Positions 61,680 through 64,000 of a stretch of DNA of 64,000 bases are shown here, in pieces. The DNA lies in NCBI RefSeq assembly GCF_006345805.1, contig NC_043010.1, positions 63,178,001-63,242,000 of the forward strand, read 5' to 3'. The notes under the pieces are model-generated. The model searched no databases and was not told the origin of the DNA. It saw nothing but the letters and a program-made list of their open reading frames with translations. Position 1 is the first letter of the stretch; the number at the start of each line of letters is the position of its first letter. Origin of the DNA: Octopus sinensis (taxonomy: Eukaryota). A program made the position numbers and the translations under genes.

Positions 61680-62320
61680 ATCATCATCATCAGCACCATC
61701 GTTTAACGTCCATTTTCCATGCTGGCATGGGTTGGATGGTTTGACTGAGGTCTGGAAAGCCAGTGGCTGCACCAGGCTCCAGTCTGATCTTATTTCTTTA
61801 TTGCCCACAAGGGGCTTAACATAGAGAGGACAAACAAGGACAGACAAAGGGATTAAGTCGATTGTATCGACCCCAGTGCGTAACTGGTACTTATTTAATC
61901 AACCCCGAAAGGATGAACGGCAAAGTCGACCTCGGTGGAATTTGAACTCAGAACGTAAAGACAAGACAAAATACTGCTAAGCATTTCGCCTGGTGTGCTA
62001 ACATTTCTGCCAGTTCGCCGATCTGATCTAGCAATGTTTCTTCAGCTGGATGCCCTTCCTAACACCAACCACTCTGAGAGTGTAGTGGGTGCTTTTTACA
62101 TGCCACTGGCACAGGAGCCAATCAGGCAGCCCTGGCATCAATCATATTCGTATAGTGCATTTTACATGCCACCGGTATAGGAACCAGTCAGGGGCACTGG
62201 CATCGGCCATGTTCGGATGGTGCTTTATACATGCCAGCAGCATGGGAGCCAGTCAAAAGGCACTAGCATCAGACATGTTCGGATGGTGCTTTTTACGTGC
62301 AACCAACACAGAAGCCAGGT
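61680..62320 (-). mobile_element. Family D element split by a family A SINE (61791-62019)
   Basis: Family D body resumes after the SINE; TSD-like tctgatct on both sides. Confidence 0.8.
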
Positions 62321-62699
62321 GAGAAAAAACAAGGTGAGTATGCCTTGCTGGATCAGCCATGTCAGCATGCATAAAGAATGTGGTGTGAATGAGCCGTGAG
62401 AAAAACTGTTTCTGAAGAATCAGATGTTATCTGCAAGAGAGAAGACTAGATTTGTATGGATGATGGTAGGAGCATAGAAAAGTGCTGAGAGATCACAGTG
62501 GGACAAGGAAACCTAGGAAGACATCGAACAGAAGTTGGTGAAAGCTGATCTAAAGATGCCGAACCTTGCAGAAGAGATTGACAAGTGACTGTGGCAACTG
62601 GTAACGCCATAGACATACCGTGAAGGAGAAAACTGATTCTATTGAGCAAGAATTGCAGAAAGAATGCTTGTGATGCGTGAGTTGGTGGCTGAGATGCTC

Positions 62700-63500
62700 T
62701 TACTGCAGTCACCCCCCTCACCCACCCCCACTGATCCTCCTCTGCCTCTGCCTCTCCTCCAGTGATCTCTCTCCTCTCAGCCTTCCCACACAAGATACTT
62801 CATCCTCTACTTTCTCTTTCTCTTTCCCTCTCTCTCTCCTTCTCCTCCTCCTCAACCTCTCCATGCAAGATATTTTCACTGCTTTTCTCTTCAGCTCCTC
62901 CCTACCTCTATGGTGTCCTCCTCCTCCTCCCTCCAACCTCTCCTTATCTCACTCCATTCGTCCTCTCCTCTCTCCTCTACCTCTACAATGCTTTTCAGCA
63001 TTTCTCTTTCTCTCTCTCTCTCTCTTTCAGCCTTTCTTACTACATCCTCCCTCTGCTTCCTCTTTCTCTCTGTCTCCCCCCCCCCCCCCCGATGCTTTCT
63101 CTACATTTAAACTCTGCTCACCCCCCACCACCTGTGTGATACTTTCCAGCCTCCCTAACCCCACCCATCCCCACTTTCCCTCACTGCACACTTACATCAC
63201 TCCTCCCCCTTTACCTCCCTTTCTCTCTCACCATTCTTTCCTCACGGCTTCTCCCCCTCTTCAACACCCTCCCTGACCTACCCCCATAATTCCCTCACTC
63301 TTCTTTCCAACCCCCTCATCCCCACCCCCATCTGTTTCTCTCTTTCATAAATAAGGGATGACCCTGGACCCCCTCACCCTTACCACTCAGTCCCTCCCTT
63401 TTTTACTAACACTTGATATTAATTCCTTCCCTTTGCTTTGTCCCTTTCAGACCCACTCCCTCCTCTATTACTATCTGTTCAACTACCCACCCCTGTCACA
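62700..63500. repeat. CT-rich low-complexity (polypyrimidine) tract
   Basis: Directly visible; source of the S/L/P-rich ORFs. Confidence 0.85.
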
Positions 63501-63622
63501 ATTATAGAGCTGAATGTGTATGTATGTATGGATGTGTATGTGTGTGTGTGTATATATGTATGATGTATGTATGGACATGTATGTATATTTGTATGTATGT
63601 ATGTATGTATGTATGTATATGT

Positions 63623-63985
63623 GGCATTATTCAGTTTTATTTCAAGATTTCTTGCCAATAGAGAAAGAACCAGTTTCTAACCTAGCTCCAAGGCTCCTTC
63701 ATTGGAATTTCAACATCAACAACAGGGTATTTTTGTATATGTGTATGTAAGTATATGTGCAAATTTGTATGTTTTGCTTTATGTATATATTCTCATGCAT
63801 ATAATTGCATGTCTAGAAATGCTCATATGTAATTAAATGATAAACTTCTGGAAAGTTTTACACATTTCACTGTTCCAGTGATGGATTGGATCTGTAGTCT
63901 TCAAATTAACTTTCTCTTTTCTAGTTTTGAGCAGTTTAATTTCTCAAGATTGGTATTTAGGTAGTGTGTTACATATTCCAGTATG
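63623..63985 (-). mobile_element. R4/Dong-like (restriction-like endonuclease) LINE 3' end
   Basis: Minus strand LEYVTHYLNTNLEKL...LI*RLQIQSITGTVK/CKTFQKFII* (stop 63833-63835) followed by a 3' UTR. Confidence 0.7.
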
Positions 63986-64000
63986 CATGTGTGTGTGTGT

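Noticed and set aside
62677-63276. 199-aa S/L/P-rich ORF
   Set aside because: Translation of a CT-rich low-complexity tract.

Overview
Eukaryotic, AT-rich, microsatellite-dense DNA, very probably an octopus (coleoid cephalopod) genome. This is inferred from the tRNA-headed SINE repertoire, the abundant (TA)n/(CA)n/(GAT)n tracts and the C2H2 zinc-finger gene style. Only one intact protein-coding gene is visible: an intronless 621-aa C2H2 zinc-finger CDS with a long poly-Q tail (37497-39362, minus strand), with candidate non-coding upstream exons near 42.0 kb and 50.5 kb. Most of the rest is repeat: at least five SINE families; 3' remnants of RTE, CR1/Jockey-like, Tx1/L1-like and R4/Dong-like LINEs; decayed mariners and mariner/piggyBac/hAT MITEs; three non-autonomous Helitrons; and foldback (Phantom/MULE-like) elements. 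Nearly all other ORFs in the track are microsatellite or SINE artefacts. The most interesting signals are: (1) a tRNA-promoter-headed short retroelement carrying a minimal type-I hammerhead ribozyme fold, with three copies, two of them as a head-to-head palindrome; (2) a second (TA)n-embedded hammerhead-like family; (3) a Tx1-like LINE whose 3' end matches the tail of the commonest SINE; (4) a five-unit array of double hairpins downstream of the ZNF gene; (5) an RTE 3' end carrying three C2H2 fingers. All alignments and folds were done by eye; nothing was searched or computed.
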